The notes: a model not told the origin generated them from the letters alone. 64,000 bases of DNA from Nitrosopumilus sp. (GCA_965238275.1 OZ250186.1:2152669-2216668); one strand, 5' to 3'; counted from the stretch's first letter, positions 7,994 to 18,660 are shown. A program made the numbers and translations.

Positions 7994-10081
7994 ACGCCGA
8001 CCTCGTCGATCCTGTTGAGTTGTTCCTTCTTCCTCTTCAGGGCCGCAAATATTCCCAGAATTACGGCAATCCACATGGTGGCAAGGAGTATGTTGGTGAT
8101 GCTGACGTACATGTATGGCATTGCATCAGTGACGTTGGACTGCAGCAGCAACGCCCTGCTGTTGATGTCCATCATTCCGGTATGGTACGCAGAACTGTCC
8201 TTTGGGACGGTTGCAATCTTTTGAATGCTCTCAGATATGGTGTTGATGTCAGTCTGGATTCTAAGGAAGTTTGTAGACTCTGTGGCAAAGAGCCATACGG
8301 GGTTTTTGGCAACAAGCTCGCCGCCCGTGTCGGTCGTTTCAGGCAGCTTTGTAAGCACGATCGTCATGTCATTATTGATTGCAGCCAGATGGGCCTGGAT
8401 GACTGCAGGATCAGATGAGCCGACTGTCAAGGTTACCCCTTATCCTGTCAAGCGGGTATATGTCAGAGTTGTACCCGTAGAGTGCCATAAATCCGCCAAA
8501 CATGATAACTGCAACTATTCCCACCATCGAAAGCTTGTAAACCCTGTTAGCCATCTTCTCCTTCTCAGTCATTACAGGATTGGGGTTTGATTTATTTCTT
8601 TTATACCGGGTGTGCGACAGGCTCATGTAGGCGATATAAAAGAACCCGACCACCTGCAGTCCGATGATCGGTGCAAAGATTGGATTGTTTGAGAATATGG
8701 CAATGAATATCCCGGCCACGCCGTACACTCCAAAGAATATCTCCAGGAGGGTGGTCTGGGTAAAGGGCAGGTTGTATGCCTTGTTCTTCCAGCCGTCATC
8801 GTTTTTGATTATGCCGTACTTGGGAGTTCGAAGAAACTCGTTCTTTCTTCCAACCACGGCATCAAAGACTGCGACGGTATTGTTGACTGACATTCCGGCG
8901 TTATACACCAGCAGGGCCGGAAGTATCTTTGCCTTTGACTTCCACGACTTGTTGTACATCTTTTGTATTATCATGATGTATGCGCCCGGCCCCATCGCAA
9001 GGTATGTTGCAATCGTCAGTGCCGGAAGAAGGCTGATTATGTAGAGGTCCACCCTCCCTGCCAGCAGTACAGGCAGTGCCAGAAACTGTATGAGCATCAG
9101 CGGGTACACGATGTGGCGCGTCAGCTGAATGAATGCCTGGATCTTGGTCTCCACTGCAACTGTGCGCTTGATGACAATGTCAGAGAGCAGCTTTATTGCA
9201 CACTGTATGGAGCCCTTTGCCCAGCGAAACTGCTGGCGTTTTGCCGCATTCATCTGGACTGGAAGCTCTGCATCCACCACAACGTCAGGCAAAAAGATAC
9301 ACTTCCATCCCTTCATCTGCGCCCTGTAGCTCAGGTCCAGATCCTCTACCAGCGTGGCCGTATGCCAGCCCCCGGAATCCTCAATGCAGTCCCGCTTCCA
9401 GATTCCGGCGGTTCCGTTAAAGTTCATAAAGAGACTGGAGTTGCTTTTTGCCTTTTGTTCTATCAGAAAATGAAAGTCAAGGCTCAGCGCCTGCGCCTGG
9501 GTTATTGCAGAGTAGTTCTCGTTGACGTGCCCCCAGCGGCACTGTACCAGGCCTATGCCCGGCTCTGAAAAGTACGGGATTGCCTTCCTGAGAAACCACT
9601 CAGGCGGGATAAAGTCTGCATCAAATATGGCAACAAGCTCCGTGTCTGTCGTCTCCATTGCATGCTTGAGGGCGCCGGCCTTGTATCCCCTCCTTGTTCC
9701 GCGCCGGACATGCTCTATTTGAAATCCCTGCTTTTGGTAGTCACGGACGGTGTCCCTGAGCAGGTCCACGGTGTCATCATCAGAGTCGTCCAGCACCATT
9801 ATCCTCATCTCGTCCTTGGGGTAGTCCAGGCTGCACACTGCACTGACAAGCCTCCTTGCGACGTACTTTTCATTGTATATTGGAAGCTGGATGGTAATTG
9901 ACGGGGTGCCCAGATCAGCAGTGGGCAGAACGTCATTTCTCCTGCTGGACAGGTATGCCAGATAGTAAAAGTTGCAGGTGTACGCAGTGATTATAACCGC
10001 AGATATCATGAAGATGCTGAGCATAAAGCTTACAAACGGAGTATAGTCCATGTTCCCTAATGCCTGAGAGGCGCCATTCAC
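7990..10081 (-). CDS. Cellulose-synthase-like GT2 glycosyltransferase, split by a frameshift near 8426
   Basis: GYKAGAL, FDADF, VEDLDL and QQFRW motifs; ORFs 8411-10081 and 7990-8430 overlap in different frames (RIRGNLD / VGSSDPAVI). Confidence 0.85.
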
Positions 10082-10099
10082 TATTTATAGTTGCAAGCG

Positions 10100-11047
10100 C
10101 TATTTCGGCTCGAATATCTTGATTGCCTGGGGCGGACAGACCCCCTCGCAGGCAAGACAGAATATGCAGTCAGGCTCCTTTGACATCAGCGGCTTCTTCT
10201 CGGATCCGGGGTTTCCCGGGGTGTCAAACCACTCGTAGACGCTGACCGGACAGGCCTCGATGCAGCCGCCGTCGGCAATACAGATGTCATAGTCTACAGA
10301 TACAAACTCGCCCCACACGCCCATGATTCCGTTGCTGGTGCCTCTTCGGCCCCAGGTCTTGATGGTGTGTTCTGCAGCATCATACGAGAGGGACGGCTTG
10401 AGTTTTGATTTGAATTCGATGTCGATTGGGCCATCTTTTGCGCCGTCTGGAATCTCGATTGCGCCGTCGTCTTCCTCGTCCAATTCCTCGGTAGCCTCTA
10501 TCGGCTTTGGCTTTGCGCCAAGGACGATCTTGGCCAGCGGGGTCAGATCCTCAAGTTTTTGAAGTGCCACCACCTCGGAGATCTTTTCAGATTTTACATA
10601 ATATGCGACAAGCTTGTCTGCAAGGATGGTGTTGCGCAGTATCGTATCGATGATCATCTTGGCAAAGTGATCGGCTTTTTTGCGGTAGTCCTGAACCCAG
10701 TTGGGATCACCGAACTTTTCAATCGGGAATATCTGGTATATGATATCAACTACTTCCCCGGTTACAATCTCCACCGTAATTGACAGGTTCACCTCCTCGT
10801 AGCCTTTAGCGTCAGGATCATTCATGTTTCGCTCCGTCCACCTGTACGTGGCAAAGATCCTGTCAGCGTACATGTCCATCTCAAATGACTTTTTGAGGCC
10901 GTCATGAACCGACTTTAATTCCACAGGATCCTCAAGTTTGACTGGCAGTCTGTAAAGGCCAAGCTTGAAGCCGTGCAGCGGATAGACGCCGCGTTTGGCA
11001 GTGGGTGCTTCCATCGACCATACGCGATCCTTTAGGAGCAGTGACAT
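10100..11047 (-). CDS. 4Fe-4S ferredoxin-domain protein
   Basis: C-terminal CIADGGCIEACP and CIFCLACEGVCP dicluster motifs. Confidence 0.88.
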   Translation of the reverse strand: MSLLLKDRVWSMEAPTAKRGVYPLHGFKLGLYRLPVKLEDPVELKSVHDGLKKSFEMDMYADRIFATYRWTERNMNDPDAKGYEEVNLSITVEIVTGEVVDIIYQIFPIEKFGDPNWVQDYRKKADHFAKMIIDTILRNTILADKLVAYYVKSEKISEVVALQKLEDLTPLAKIVLGAKPKPIEATEELDEEDDGAIEIPDGAKDGPIDIEFKSKLKPSLSYDAAEHTIKTWGRRGTSNGIMGVWGEFVSVDYDICIADGGCIEACPVSVYEWFDTPGNPGSEKKPLMSKEPDCIFCLACEGVCPPQAIKIFEPK

Positions 11048-11496
11048 TCAATATTGATTGTCCGGATTTAGTTAAAAAGGTTGTCAAATGTAATTTGCGG
11101 TGTAGTATCCAAGAATCATGTCGCCTCTGATCTTGATTGTCAATCATTGATATCTGCCTCCATCCATTTGGGGTTCTGCTGTCTTATCTCGTCAGTCACA
11201 CGCTTGTTGCGGAATGCCATCATGGGAGTCTCGTAGTTGTCAATGTCCAGAGAAAAGTGCAACCTGTCGGCGTTATAGTATTCGACGTAATCGTCCAGAT
11301 CCTTGTAGTGCCATATCTCATCTTCGATCGTTCTGTGGAACCTTTCCAGTTTTCCGTTGGTCTGCGGGTGATATGGCCGTGAATTGATCAGTCCTACGTT
11401 GAGGTTCAGCAGCTCGTTTTCAAAGAATGTTGGGATCCAGGTTCCGGTCTGCTTCTTGCGGCCACCCCTGCCGACGAAGCACGAACCGTTGTCAGA

Positions 11497-11808
11497 CAGG
11501 ATTGTCGCCGGCGTCCCGAACCTGCTGACTGCCTGACGGAGTACTGTTACCGCGTTCTCCGAAGTGGCCTCCCTGAACAGCGCAGCGCCTGTGATGCACC
11601 TGGAGGCGTCGTCAAGGTACGTAATCAGGTTCAGATTCCTCATGCGCTGATCAGGATTGTCGCCGGCGTCCCGAACCTGCTGACTGCCTGACGGAGTACT
11701 GTTACCGCGTTCTCCGAAGTGGCCTCCCTGAACAGCGCAGCGCCTGTGATGCACCTGGAGGCGTCGTCAAGGTACGTAATCAGGTTCAGATTCCTCATGC
11801 GCTGATCA
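11497..11808. repeat. Tandem duplication, 155-bp unit, inside the IS481 transposase
   Basis: AGGATTGTCGCC...GCGCTGATC starts at 11498 and again at 11653. Confidence 0.9.
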
Positions 11809-12279
11809 TTCATGACGTGCCAGTCCGTGTGCCACATAGCATTGGAGTAGATGCGTTCGTACCTGATCCACTTGCGTTTTTTGGATTTTGCAGGAGGGTC
11901 GACCACGAGGCCGTTGGATTTCATAATTTGGTATACCCTAGAGCGGCTCATATTGTGTCCATCACCCTTGAGTCTCCTGGCAGTCCTGGGCCGGACCCCG
12001 CTAGAATGAGACCGATCAAATCCGAATGCCTTTTGGAGCAGGGGGTCGAGGGAAGGACATGAGCAAGAGACGTAGTCCCCAGGACAAGGCCAGGATAGTG
12101 ATGGAGTTTTTTACCACCAATGTGCCAGCTGCCGAATTGTGCCGAAAGCACAACGTGTCGCCTGCAACCTTCCAAGACTGGAAGGACAAGTTCCTGCAGG
12201 GAGACAAGCAGGCTCTCATAAACAGGGGGGATGCAGCCAAAAACCATTTGGCAGAGGTGGAAAACCTCAAGCGCATAAT

Positions 12280-13017
12280 AGAAGATATGCGTAATCCGGA
12301 ACTTTTTCAAACTCCGCGCTGACATGTTAGCCCTGCTGTCAAAAATTTATGATCCATCCAATTAAAACCAGAATATGCCGGTTCATACTGTTGTCGAATC
12401 AGGAAACAAGTGACCTGCAAAAAGAGAACAAGGCTCTCAGAGACATGATCAAGCGCCAGGACGCTGACATCAAGCGCTTGGAGGCAGCCGCCAAGCACGA
12501 GCAAAGCCTGTGGGGTACGCGAGACGGCTCCGAGTCTGGAGCCGCAGGAGAGCCCGCCCTGCTGCATCGCGTGGAGGTCTTTGATGAGATCATCAGAGTC
12601 GAGAAAAATCTTCATGACGCGACGCTGAAGTGCAGGGAACAGTTCCAATACATGCTTGACAGGGTCGAGGCATGGATAAGGCAAAGCGGCAAATCCCCGC
12701 TCTTCAGGAACGACGAGACGAGGGCGTCGGATCCCGGGAACCGCTGCAAGCTGTACCCCAGGCACGCGCTGCTCATGGCGCTGATGTACAAAAAGGGCAA
12801 CCCCACGCAGGGCGCACTTGCGGCATTCTTTGGAATAGACCAGGCAACCGTGTCCCGGTATATCGATGTACTAGACGGGGTGCTTGAGGCGGTGCTGCCC
12901 ACCGCTGCCAACATCTCAAAGGAGATAGCAGGCACGGAGACAAAAGAGGATCTCAAAAAAATAATTTCCGGGCCGGACGGGGGCATCATGATGATCGACG
13001 GCACGCACTGCCCCATA
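12280..13017 (+). mobile_element. Truncated IS5-family (ISL2-like, DDE_Tnp_4) copy, transposase fragment 12349-13032
   Basis: TIR AGAAGATATGCGTAATCC; near-identical to the 15231-16714 copy up to IDGTHCP, where another IS begins. Confidence 0.85.
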
Positions 13018-13086
13018 AGAAAATATGCGTAATCCCCCTGTTCACATCGATAAATTTAGATCAGGCACGATCGCGTCTCACATCAA

Positions 13087-14457
13087 ATGCCAGACTCGCC
13101 TGATCAGATCATGCACAGATTGGAACAGGAAAACAGAAGCCTAAAAAATATTCTAAAGCAGAAAGACAAAAAGCTGGAACAGAAAGACAAAAAGCTGGAA
13201 CAGAAAGACAAAAAGCTGGAACAGAAAGACAAAACCCTAAAAAATATTCTAAAGCAGAAAGACAAAAAGCTGGAACAGAAAGACAGAAGCCTAAAAAATA
13301 TTCTAAAGCAGAAAGACAAAAAGCTGGAACAGAAAGACAGGGAGTTGGGCCTTGAACGCGGCCTGTGGAAGAGCAGGAACGATGGCTGGAACCCCGGCAA
13401 GGGGCCCGCGTTGCACCTGCTAGAGGTGCTAGACGGCATAATACGCGACGGGGACAAGCTCCGCCATGTCACGCTGGCAGACGGGGAACAGTTCCGGTAC
13501 ATGCTGGAGCGGGCCAAGGTGTTTCTGACGCATTCGGGCCAGATGCCGCTGTTCCGCGATAACGCATCCCGGGTCTCCGATCCCGGAAACCGGTGCAAAC
13601 TGTACCTGAGACACGCACTGCTCCTAGCACTTATCCGCAAAAAGGACAACCCCGCCCAAGGCGTGCTTGCCGCATTCTTCGGGATAGACCAGACCACCGT
13701 GTCCCGGTACATTCCGGTGATGGATGCGATGCTGACAGGAATACTTCCGACGGCAGACAACATATCCGAGGAGGTAGCTGCTGCCCCGACCAAGGAGGAT
13801 TTCAAGAAGATCGTGCCCGGGTCCGACGGGGGCGAGATATTCATAGACGGCACGCACTGCCCCGTGCAGCGCCCGTCTGTAAAGTCAGTCCGGCGCATGG
13901 GATACTCCGGCAAGAAGAAAAAGTTCACCAACAATACCAACGTGTACACCAACCGGGACGGGGTGGTGATCGGCATATCAAAAAGCACCGTCGGGTCAGT
14001 CGGCGACATCACGTTGCTCAAGGAACGCCCCATGCCGTTTGGAAAGTGGGAGGAGGCGATGCACGATCCGGACCTGCCAGAATCAGACAGGTGCCACCCC
14101 TTCGTCGACCGCGGCTACCAGGGAATCGCAGATCACCTGCCCGGCACCACGCCGGAGATCCCGTACAAGAAGACCAGGGACACGCCGCTGACGCCGGAGC
14201 AAAAAAAGCACAACCACAGGATCAACTCCACCAGGGTGTTGGTGGAGCACACGATAGGCAGGCTCAAGCGCTACGCGCGTCTTGCCGACCCGTACGACGG
14301 CAACGCGGCCCAGTTCAACAGGGAGTTCAACGTGATCACCGGGCTGGTAAACCTGAACCTTTTGTGGGACTGCATGGAAAAGGGTCCGCCACCACCGGGG
14401 CAGTGGAAGACGTCAGTAGACTGGGACAGGGCCTGCTCCGAAGCTCCGGTCAAGTAG
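13087..14457 (+). CDS. IS5/ISL2-like transposase with N-terminal heptad repeats
   Basis: HTH LAAFFGIDQTTVSRY, IDGTH, YSGKKK, DRGYQG, RVLVEHTIGRLK. Confidence 0.9.
   Translation: MPDSPDQIMHRLEQENRSLKNILKQKDKKLEQKDKKLEQKDKKLEQKDKTLKNILKQKDKKLEQKDRSLKNILKQKDKKLEQKDRELGLERGLWKSRNDGWNPGKGPALHLLEVLDGIIRDGDKLRHVTLADGEQFRYMLERAKVFLTHSGQMPLFRDNASRVSDPGNRCKLYLRHALLLALIRKKDNPAQGVLAAFFGIDQTTVSRYIPVMDAMLTGILPTADNISEEVAAAPTKEDFKKIVPGSDGGEIFIDGTHCPVQRPSVKSVRRMGYSGKKKKFTNNTNVYTNRDGVVIGISKSTVGSVGDITLLKERPMPFGKWEEAMHDPDLPESDRCHPFVDRGYQGIADHLPGTTPEIPYKKTRDTPLTPEQKKHNHRINSTRVLVEHTIGRLKRYARLADPYDGNAAQFNREFNVITGLVNLNLLWDCMEKGPPPPGQWKTSVDWDRACSEAPVK
13135..13340 (+). repeat. Coding tandem repeats (21-bp CAGAAAGACAAAAAGCTGGAA and LKNILK units)
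   Basis: QKDKKLE and LKNILK blocks repeated several times. Confidence 0.9.
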
Positions 14458-15230
14458 AATTCAGGGCACGATGAAGTGCTGCAAGGCTGCGCACGTCATT
14501 TTGGATTTTGGGGTGAACAGACTTGCCACATACACGACACGAGCAGTTTTAGGCCGTATTTTTCCGGTTTTTTATGGCCGGGTTGGCAAAATGGGTGGAT
14601 TACGCATATCTTCTAATAGGCGAGATCACCGTAGCCAACGACATTTTAAAAAAAACTTTGGAGGGAACAAAGTGATGAGGATGCAGGCCGTAAGTGACGT
14701 AAGCAAGTGCATGAGCCTGAACAGGGCCCTGCAATACTGCGGCATGTCCAAACACTCCTGGTACTACACCAAGAAGCCAAGAGACATGGCCATCATCTGG
14801 CCGCATGAGTTTGCGCGCTTTCAAGATGCAGAGGTCGTACTTGCAAAGGCCTTTGAGGACTACAACAAGGACAGGATCCACTCGGCTCTGGGGTATCTCA
14901 CACCCGACGAGTTTATCGGCAAGATGGAGGTTGAGAATAGATGAGAGACATGATTATTCGGAAAAAGATGCAAAAAGTGGTACCAAAAACAAGGGTCCAG
15001 ATCAGTCCGTACTGCACCCTCCGGCCTGCGGCGGTGGGCGTCCAGTAACGCTTGGATCTCCAGATCAGACGGCACGGGATTTCTCGGTCTCCCTGCAAGG
15101 ATCTGTTGGTGTGCTGTTCCCGTCTTGAGGTACTCTGCCCACAACCACTGGATGTGCCGCTGCGTCACGTGCATCTCCTTTGCCACGGTATCGGTGTCCT
15201 TGCCATTTTTCATCTGGTTGATGATGTATT

Positions 15231-16714
15231 AGAAGCCATGCGTAATCCCTCCATTTCGTTGGGTTAAACCAGAAAAACCCAGAAAATATTAAAAATTCTG
15301 ATTTAATTCCCGTCATGTCAAGCGTGTGGAAACCCGTCCTGCCAGAAATACAAAATAACGTGCGCAACCTTGCAGCACCACGATGTGCACGGAATTAATT
15401 GTTTGAAACGGCGCTGCCGGGGACGTTTGCCTCTTCCCAGTTTATTACCGGCCCCAGCGTGCTACCTGAAGGAGGTCCTTTCTTCATCTGGTTCCACAGG
15501 AGGTCCAGGTTTACGAGTCCGGTTATTATGTTAAATTCCCTGTTAAAGTCGCCAATCTTTCCTTTGTATGGCGCGGTAAGCCGGCCGTACCGCTTCAGCC
15601 TGCCGATGGAGTGCTCCACCTTTACCCTGGCCGAGTTGACGGCGTGGTTGTGCTCCTTTTCCTCCTTTGTAAAGCGCTTGTGGTTCTTGGTCTTCTTGTG
15701 CGGCTGCAGGGTGTTTGTGCCGGGCAGATCCTTTGCGATTCCCTTGTAGCCGCGGTCAGTAAGGGTGTGGATCCTGTCTTCTTCGGGGGTGTCCTCGTCG
15801 CACATCCTGTCCCACCATCTTCCAAATGGCAGCGGGCTCTCCCTGAGCAGCGTGATGTCGTGGACGGATCCCACGGTGCTGCCGGATATGGCGACTATCA
15901 CCCCGTTTTCATTTATGCACACGGTGGTGTTGAGCGTGAATTTCTTCTTCTTGCCAGAATACATCATGCTCCTCATCTGTTTTTCGTCTGGCCGCTGCAG
16001 CGGACAGTGCGTGCCGTCGATCATCATGATGCCCCCGTCAGGCCCGGAAATTATTTTTTTGAGATCCTCTTTTGTCTCCGTGCCTGCTATCTCCTTTGAG
16101 ATGTTGGTAGCGGTGGGCAGCACCGCCTCAAGCACCTCGTCTAGCACATCGATATACCGGGACACGGTCGCCTGGTCTATTCCAAAGAATGCCGCAAGCA
16201 CGCCCTGCGTGGGGTTGCCCTTTTTGTACATCAGCGCCATGAGCAGCGCGTGCCTTGGGTACAGCTTGCAGCGGTTCCCGGGATCCGACGCCCTCGTCTC
16301 GTCACTCCTGAAGAGCGGGGATTTGCCGCTTTGCCTTATCCACGCCTCGGCCCTGTCAAGCATGTATTGGAACTGTTCCCTGCACTTCAGCGTCGCGTCA
16401 TGAAGATTTTTCCCGACTCTGATGATCTCATCAAGGACCTCCACGCGATGCAGCAGGGCGGGCTCTCCTGCGGCTCCGGACTCGGAGCCGTCCCGTGTGC
16501 GCCACAGGCTTTGCTCGTGCCTGGCAGCTGCGTCCTGGCGCTTGATCATGTCTCTGAGAGCCTTGTTCTCTTTTTGCAGGTCACTTGTTTTCTGATTCGA
16601 CAACAGTATGAACCGGCATATTTTGGTTTTAATTGAATGGATCATAAATTTTTGACAGCAGGGCTAACATGTCAACGCGGAGTTTGAAAAAGTTCTGGAT
16701 TACGCATATTTTCT
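15231..16714 (-). mobile_element. Intact IS5-family (ISL2-like) element
   Basis: TIRs AGAAGCCATGCGTAATCC / AGAAAATATGCGTAATCC, 3-bp TSD ATT (15228-15230, 16715-16717). Confidence 0.9.
15395..16645 (-). CDS. IS5/ISL2-like transposase
   Basis: IDGTH, YSGKKKKF, VHDITL, DRGYKG, RVKVEHSIGRLK. Confidence 0.9.
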   Translation of the reverse strand: MIHSIKTKICRFILLSNQKTSDLQKENKALRDMIKRQDAAARHEQSLWRTRDGSESGAAGEPALLHRVEVLDEIIRVGKNLHDATLKCREQFQYMLDRAEAWIRQSGKSPLFRSDETRASDPGNRCKLYPRHALLMALMYKKGNPTQGVLAAFFGIDQATVSRYIDVLDEVLEAVLPTATNISKEIAGTETKEDLKKIISGPDGGIMMIDGTHCPLQRPDEKQMRSMMYSGKKKKFTLNTTVCINENGVIVAISGSTVGSVHDITLLRESPLPFGRWWDRMCDEDTPEEDRIHTLTDRGYKGIAKDLPGTNTLQPHKKTKNHKRFTKEEKEHNHAVNSARVKVEHSIGRLKRYGRLTAPYKGKIGDFNREFNIITGLVNLDLLWNQMKKGPPSGSTLGPVINWEEANVPGSAVSNN

Positions 16715-16941
16715 ATTGTATGGACTTGGCCGTTAGTTTCGGCCTCATTGCCTCACTGGATTTGTGTAGCTTAAAGTAGTCTCGGAATGTGCGCTTGACT
16801 ACACCCAAGCGACATGATTTTTGGACAATAGAAAATGTAATTTGCGGATCATCAGGCCCAACCAGTTGGATGTGGGGTATGCAAATGCCTTGCGTGCGGT
16901 GCTAGCCTGCCGCGTACGTTATTTGACAGGCGAACCACGTA

Positions 16942-18390
16942 TTATCCTACGACTATGATTCCCTCTTTTATGAGGAACTGTATGGCAGATACAAACGAGG
17001 CATCATCTATGTCTCCATTTACCCAGTGTCCTGCGGTACCCTTTATCCAGTCTGGGATTGGCTTTTCCCCCGGATCCTTCTCAGACAAAGTCGGCGGAAT
17101 CTGTAGTATCCCTTCGTTTACCAGAAACTGCATGGCAGATACAAACGAGGCATCATCTATGTCTCCATTTACCCAGTGTCCTGCGGTACCCTTTATCCAG
17201 TCTGGGATTTTTTGGACAGAAACGGTGCTTTCCTTGGCAAATATTTGGACGGGGATTTCCACATAATCCGCAGTGGCGGATGGGACGATGTGCTCAGGCG
17301 ACAATCCGTAAACCCAGACGACATAATTTGCGATCCCGGGTTCCTCTTTAACGATAAAATCAATCATGGCCTGTCCGGATGGGGAGTAAAGAAAGTCTCT
17401 GCCCTCCTCCTGTGCCAGTGATCTCAGCGGTTTCAGGTCGTCATCCACTACAAGAAAGTCGTACTGAACCTGGTTTAGAAACTCGGTATCGTCAAACTTG
17501 CTGATGAATTTTATGAGCCACTGCATCTCACAGCCTTCCACGGGGTCTTCAGGTCCGTAGAAAGCGTGGATTTGGTAGTCGGAGTTGCTCGTAGGCTTTT
17601 TGACACTTACCGCTTTTTCTATACTAGTGTCACAGCCGGATGTGGCAAGCAGATCTGCCGTGGACTCAATCCCGGCAAAGGGAGTCTCCAGGACGTTTTC
17701 CCTGTATTCCCGTAACTCGAATATGTATTCCGGGGGAGGAATGCCTTCAGATACGTGTGTATACGTTTGCGCCTTTATCGGAAAGGGAAAATCGTCAACT
17801 ATCCAAACCTTACTTACGGCACCGCCCGTCTTCCAGCCAACTTGGACCGTTTCCCATGTGCCAGCTCGAACTGTGACCGTCTCAATTGCCACGGGGACTA
17901 CTTGCTGGCCGCCAATGTTACCAATTTTTCCCCAAGACACCGCTGAGAATTCTTTTGGTCCCTTGCCGCCGGAGCTTCCGTCGGCTGTCGCAAATGCGGA
18001 CAGCCAGACAATCGAGGATTTGAAGGCCCCCCTGTAAGTACTCAGGTTCTCAGTGCCGCCTGTCGGCTCGGGAGCGATTTTTCCCAGCTCCATTTCGCCC
18101 CTGATGACCTTGTTGCCGTCATAGACGACGACCTCTGATAGCCACTTGATTTCGCTTCCTACCTGCTTGTCCCCCTTTATCCAGATGTCCATTTCAAATT
18201 TGACGCATTCTTTGTAATCCACATGGCACATTGAATAGGAGAAGTAGTCGCCCTGTTTGAGACCCTCGCCTGCAAACCAAGTGCCCTCTTTGTCAACGCC
18301 GCCTGCCTCAATTTGTGCAAAGGTGGTAGCCGGTATGAATAACGCCAAAAGAAGCATGGGAATAATCGAAAACAGCAAAGTTTGTTTCAA
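16942..18390 (-). CDS. Secreted/surface protein with two C-terminal IPDWIK repeats
   Basis: Signal peptide; IPDWIKGTAGHWVNGDIDDASFVSA twice (150-nt period). Confidence 0.8.
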   Translation of the reverse strand: MKQTLLFSIIPMLLLALFIPATTFAQIEAGGVDKEGTWFAGEGLKQGDYFSYSMCHVDYKECVKFEMDIWIKGDKQVGSEIKWLSEVVVYDGNKVIRGEMELGKIAPEPTGGTENLSTYRGAFKSSIVWLSAFATADGSSGGKGPKEFSAVSWGKIGNIGGQQVVPVAIETVTVRAGTWETVQVGWKTGGAVSKVWIVDDFPFPIKAQTYTHVSEGIPPPEYIFELREYRENVLETPFAGIESTADLLATSGCDTSIEKAVSVKKPTSNSDYQIHAFYGPEDPVEGCEMQWLIKFISKFDDTEFLNQVQYDFLVVDDDLKPLRSLAQEEGRDFLYSPSGQAMIDFIVKEEPGIANYVVWVYGLSPEHIVPSATADYVEIPVQIFAKESTVSVQKIPDWIKGTAGHWVNGDIDDASFVSAMQFLVNEGILQIPPTLSEKDPGEKPIPDWIKGTAGHWVNGDIDDASFVSAIQFLIKEGIIVVG

Positions 18391-18439
18391 ACCTGATAAA
18401 AATTGTCAAATCGGATAGTTAAACATTTTGCAACTGTTT

Positions 18440-18615
18440 GGCGTTGTCCACGTCTTCGTCAAAAACCATCAATTAGCTTAAAGATCATTGGCATCAGGCA
18501 TCAGAAAGGTTTTGGATCACCGATCCCGCCCACAATTAATGAATCCCAATAGAAAAAAGAGGAAGGCAAAGAACATTCCGCGAGACCAAGAAAATAAGAA
18601 GAAATGGACATGTCC
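18440..18615 (+). mobile_element. Left-end remnant of an IS related to 37804-39052
   Basis: GGCGTTGTCCAC TIR then close match (GGATCACCGATCCCGC...AATAGAAAAAAGAGGAAGGCAAAGAAC) to the reverse complement of ~38880-39052. Confidence 0.8.
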
Positions 18616-18660
18616 GGGTGCCAGAATCAGAATAACGCCAGACTGCATCTTGGAGACGCA

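Larger units (their letters stand above)
13018..14614 (+). mobile_element. IS5-family (ISL2-like) element
   Basis: TIRs AGAAAATATGCGTAATCC (13018) and GGATTACGCATATCTTCT (ending 14614). Confidence 0.88.
11987..15004 (+). mobile_element. IS3-family element, internally deleted and interrupted
   Basis: Ends TGGGCCGGACCC / TGATCTGGACCC, 4-bp TSD GTCC (11983-11986, 15005-15008); orfA 12059-12279 plus 14618-14675; A8 slippery run 14648-14655; orfB lacks most of the DDE core but keeps RIHSALGYLTP. Confidence 0.85.
11140..16748 (-). pseudogene. IS481 transposase in three pieces (16748-16715, 15230-15005, 11986-11140)
   Basis: Rejoined: MRPKLTAKSIQ|YIINQMKNG...PEGAVRT|ARRLKGDGH...WHTDW...LSDNG...PQTNGKLERFH; also carries a 155-bp duplication. 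Confidence 0.85.
11101..16832 (-). mobile_element. IS481-family element interrupted by nested ISs
   Basis: TIRs TGTAGTATCCAAGAATCATGTCGC / TCTATTGTCCAAAAATCATGTCGC; 15-bp target duplication AAATGTAATTTGCGG at 11086-11100 and 16833-16847. Confidence 0.9.
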
